NCBI GenBank assembly: GCA_965199825.1
Contig: OZ241329.1
Location: 1,280,362 to 1,344,361 of the forward strand
DNA: 64,000 nt
Direction of reading: 5' to 3'
Source of the DNA: Bdellovibrionales bacterium
GTDB lineage: Bacteria; Bdellovibrionota; Bdellovibrionia; Bdellovibrionales; UBA1609
Below, piece after piece: positions 61,719-64,000 of this stretch; the stretch's first letter is position 1, and every line of letters begins with the position of its first letter. The notes beneath the pieces are model-generated. The model did no database searches. It was not told where the DNA came from and saw only the letters and a list, made by a program, of their open reading frames with translations. A program made the translations under genes and the position numbers.

Positions 61719-63245
61719 CTAAAAGTCGAAGCCAAGCCTTATTTCAAAATTTGAAATAAAAAGGGATTGTCTTCCATCGAGTGGAGATTGATTTGTTGGG
61801 GCATAGCTAAAATTATAATCATGCCACTGCGCATACCAATAAGTTCCAAGGCGAAGATGCTCAGTGAGTTGATAAATTCCACCAACAGAGCCATCAAAAG
61901 CGATTTTAGGAGTGATTTTAAAATTTGCACCGTCACTCGCCGAAGAGCTTACAGGTAATTGATAACGCGCCAACCACTCAAATTTCAAGGAAGGTGTAAT
62001 GTTGTAAGTCTGCTCAACCCCAAGGGTTGCCATATTGATAACATTGGATTTGATTTCGACATTTGCAGTGGATGTATTTAAAAACATAAATGGAACAGAG
62101 TGGTGTTGAATCCCTAAACGATAATTGGTGAGCGATTCGCTTGAAGTTTTATAAAGCACCTCACCACCAAGAGTTTTCCAACGATATTTTCCGCCAAGAA
62201 CATTCAGATTGTCTGAAGATTGAACTTGGCCTGGCGCATCCCGGTAAGTCAAATCGACACCCCAGTTTTCGCCCTGAAATCCTGAGCGCATCACAACACT
62301 TGGTCCATTGATATTTTGATATTTCACATTGCCCGCGATCGAAGGAATCGATTGCTCATAACTTTGAAAACTCATTCCACTACCAAGCCAAAACCAAAAT
62401 TGTTTGGCTAATTTCTTGGGCTCTGTGATTTCGACTGCTGTTACGGGTGGTGGAGGAGGCGGTTGTACGACTGGTTCGACAACTTCGACTTGTGCCGGCA
62501 TTCGCTTTGGAGCTTTGTAAATAGGCTCGATTTTGACTTGTTTGATTTCGGGTTGCTCAATTATCGGTGGAGCTTCGACAATTACAGGTTGTTCCACAAC
62601 AGGTGGTGGGGGCGCTGCCGCCATAATTTCGGGTTCGGCAGGTTTTGCTTCGGTGATAATATCTTTGGTTACAACTACCACCTGATTTTCTTTGATCTCG
62701 ACAATCTGACCCTGTTTTTCAACATTGATATGGCCAGTGACCACGGTGATATTAAGCTCACCCGCAGGAGCCTGATGAACTTCGACTTGGGTGTCGGAGT
62801 CTGAGCTTTTGAGATCAAGATCTTTTCCGTCATGCTGAATCTTTAGATGAAACTGTTTTTTGATGCGGCCAAAAAATCCACCGAGTTTTAGATTTAAAAC
62901 CGAATTGGATTGTTCATTGCCAATCACGATCATGCTGTTGGCATTCATTGAGAGCGAAACGCCGCTATCCAAATCAATTTCTGCTTTCGAATTTTCACCA
63001 GTAAAAATATGATCGCGATTAAAAACTTTGTCTTGGTTAGGAATTTGGCTCCACGACAATTCACTATCACTGCGCCGTCTCACATCGTTCACATGACTTG
63101 TCAGTTTACCAACCGCCATCGTTTTTTGAAATGTAGGATTAGCAGAAAATGGATCCATCACCATCACATAAGCCACTGCAGCGATTCCAAAAAGAGCGGT
63201 CGCCAGAATCCATTTTTCGAGATGTTTTTTTAAATGAGTGATCAC
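61719..63245 (-). CDS. membrane-anchored FecR-like domain / proline-rich linker / C-terminal beta-barrel protein
   Basis: N-terminal TM 'WILATALFGIAAVAYVMVM'. FecR-like 'VGKLTSHVNDVRRR...VFNRDHIFTGENSKAEIDLDSGVSLSMNANSMIVI'. Pro-rich segment 'APPPPVVEQPVIVEAPPIIEQPE...VVQPPPPPPV' (about nt 62440-62650). The beta-rich C-domain ends in 'FEIRLGFDF', a terminal Phe typical of OM barrels. Confidence 0.6.
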   Translation of the reverse strand: MITHLKKHLEKWILATALFGIAAVAYVMVMDPFSANPTFQKTMAVGKLTSHVNDVRRRSDSELSWSQIPNQDKVFNRDHIFTGENSKAEIDLDSGVSLSMNANSMIVIGNEQSNSVLNLKLGGFFGRIKKQFHLKIQHDGKDLDLKSSDSDTQVEVHQAPAGELNITVVTGHINVEKQGQIVEIKENQVVVVTKDIITEAKPAEPEIMAAAPPPPVVEQPVIVEAPPIIEQPEIKQVKIEPIYKAPKRMPAQVEVVEPVVQPPPPPPVTAVEITEPKKLAKQFWFWLGSGMSFQSYEQSIPSIAGNVKYQNINGPSVVMRSGFQGENWGVDLTYRDAPGQVQSSDNLNVLGGKYRWKTLGGEVLYKTSSESLTNYRLGIQHHSVPFMFLNTSTANVEIKSNVINMATLGVEQTYNITPSLKFEWLARYQLPVSSSASDGANFKITPKIAFDGSVGGIYQLTEHLRLGTYWYAQWHDYNFSYAPTNQSPLDGRQSLFISNFEIRLGFDF

Positions 63246-63357
63246 ATCTTACTTTTCGGCTAAAGGCCGATGGGCTGAAGCGTTGAGGGCAATTTAAATA
63301 CCTTAGTCCAGGTGGTGCGGCTCGCTTCCTAGACCCTAACATGATAGGATCAAAATT

Positions 63358-63744
63358 ATGAGTTTTTTGATGATCGGTTTCCTAAGCTTAAATGTTTTGG
63401 CCCAACAATTTGCTGATGTTGGATTTCAAGGAAATGACGATTACATCGGAATCGAAATCACCGAAAAAGACTTCTATAAATTTACTTTATGCAGCACTCG
63501 ACTTTCGCGTTGCAGCCTGATGAGCGACTGCGAGTTTGGTGAGCCAGCCCTGCTGGCTTCGCTGGATGCGATTGGTGATTTAGATATCAAAAATTTATTT
63601 TTATCCCACCAAAGCGCTTACGCAAAAAATAAAATTGAGCGAGTTTATCCACAAATCGCTAGGCTTCTGATTCAAACCCGGCCTGAGTGTTCCGTGACCG
63701 AAATCAAACAGGTGCGGGCGTTGTTACATCCCGAGCGGGGCTAG
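63358..63744 (+). CDS. hypothetical small secreted protein
   Basis: 128-aa ORF with signal-like 'MSFLMIGFLSLNVLAQQ'. I recognised no family. Confidence 0.4.
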   Translation: MSFLMIGFLSLNVLAQQFADVGFQGNDDYIGIEITEKDFYKFTLCSTRLSRCSLMSDCEFGEPALLASLDAIGDLDIKNLFLSHQSAYAKNKIERVYPQIARLLIQTRPECSVTEIKQVRALLHPERG

Positions 63745-63984
63745 TGCGAGCAATAAAAGTCGCATCGTCCACAAAGCGGTTCGCACCCAATTGGCAAAAA
63801 CAAGCGAGCGAATCAGATGCGGTTCATTGGTTTGGCTCAGCTGATTGTGGTAAGGAACAAGAATAAAAAAGGTGCTGGCCCAAATCAAAATGATTAGGCC
63901 AAAATTAATCAGATAAACAAAATTAAGTTGGTACGCGAGCGCGCCAGCGGTCAAAAGTTCTACAACCATCACAGGCAAGACCAC
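63724..63984 (-). CDS. small integral membrane protein, possibly DUF1772-like; N-terminus may lie beyond the window
   Basis: Hydrophobic helices plus 'FFILVPYHNQL' and 'ANWVRTALWT', which resemble the DUF1772 pattern as I recall it. The ORF may continue past nt 64000. Confidence 0.35.
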   Translation of the reverse strand: MVLPVMVVELLTAGALAYQLNFVYLINFGLIILIWASTFFILVPYHNQLSQTNEPHLIRSLVFANWVRTALWTMRLLLLALAPLGM

Positions 63985-64000
63985 ATAAGTGATCCGTCGA

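Overview
This is a 64-kb, AT-leaning window from a Gram-negative genome, as shown by lipoboxes, an OmpA-type protein and beta-barrel outer-membrane (OM) proteins. The gene content and the fibre family make me suspect a Bdellovibrio-like predatory bacterium, but that is a hunch I cannot verify here. Coding density is very high, with many ATGA overlaps and 4-26 nt convergent overlaps. I saw no rRNA, tRNA or CRISPR.

Layout:
1. An alkA-ogt DNA-alkylation repair pair (131-1488).
2. Fibre locus 1 (1565-8300): an OmpA-like OM protein, an Ig-like lipoprotein and a 1584-aa tail-fibre-like protein. The fibre carries phage tail-fibre repeats and a GC-rich glycine-rich C-terminal domain.
3. An orphan OmpR-type regulator, a single-ORF IS1-family element, and hemerythrin, GFA and membrane proteins (8297-12760).
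4. A large chemosensory island in two divergent operons (12795-25823). It holds two hybrid CheA kinases, an Hpt-REC protein, an OmpR-type output regulator, CheW, a soluble 3xPAS MCP, CheB, CheY, CheR and a GAF-PAS kinase.
5. Secreted and OM proteins, including a clan GH-A-like hydrolase and a porin-like barrel, plus an MHYT hybrid kinase (25856-33147).
6. Three tandem paralogous secreted proteins whose C-termini look RelE/ParE-like (33227-38705).
7. The stand-out region (39391-63245, minus strand). A FecR/Pro-rich/beta-barrel protein and an Ig-like lipoprotein precede five tightly packed paralogous giant fibre genes (756-1638 aa). These share a signal peptide and a ~290-aa N-terminal module but carry shuffled variable modules. 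Four end in a phage-type S74 intramolecular-chaperone autoprotease domain. The fifth is translationally coupled to a LamG lectin-like gene, which is followed by a GH5 glycanase.

I read region 7, together with locus 1, as a cassette-like repertoire of surface fibres with a possible dedicated OM/lipoprotein partner module. All functional calls rest on motifs I recognised by eye; no searches were run.
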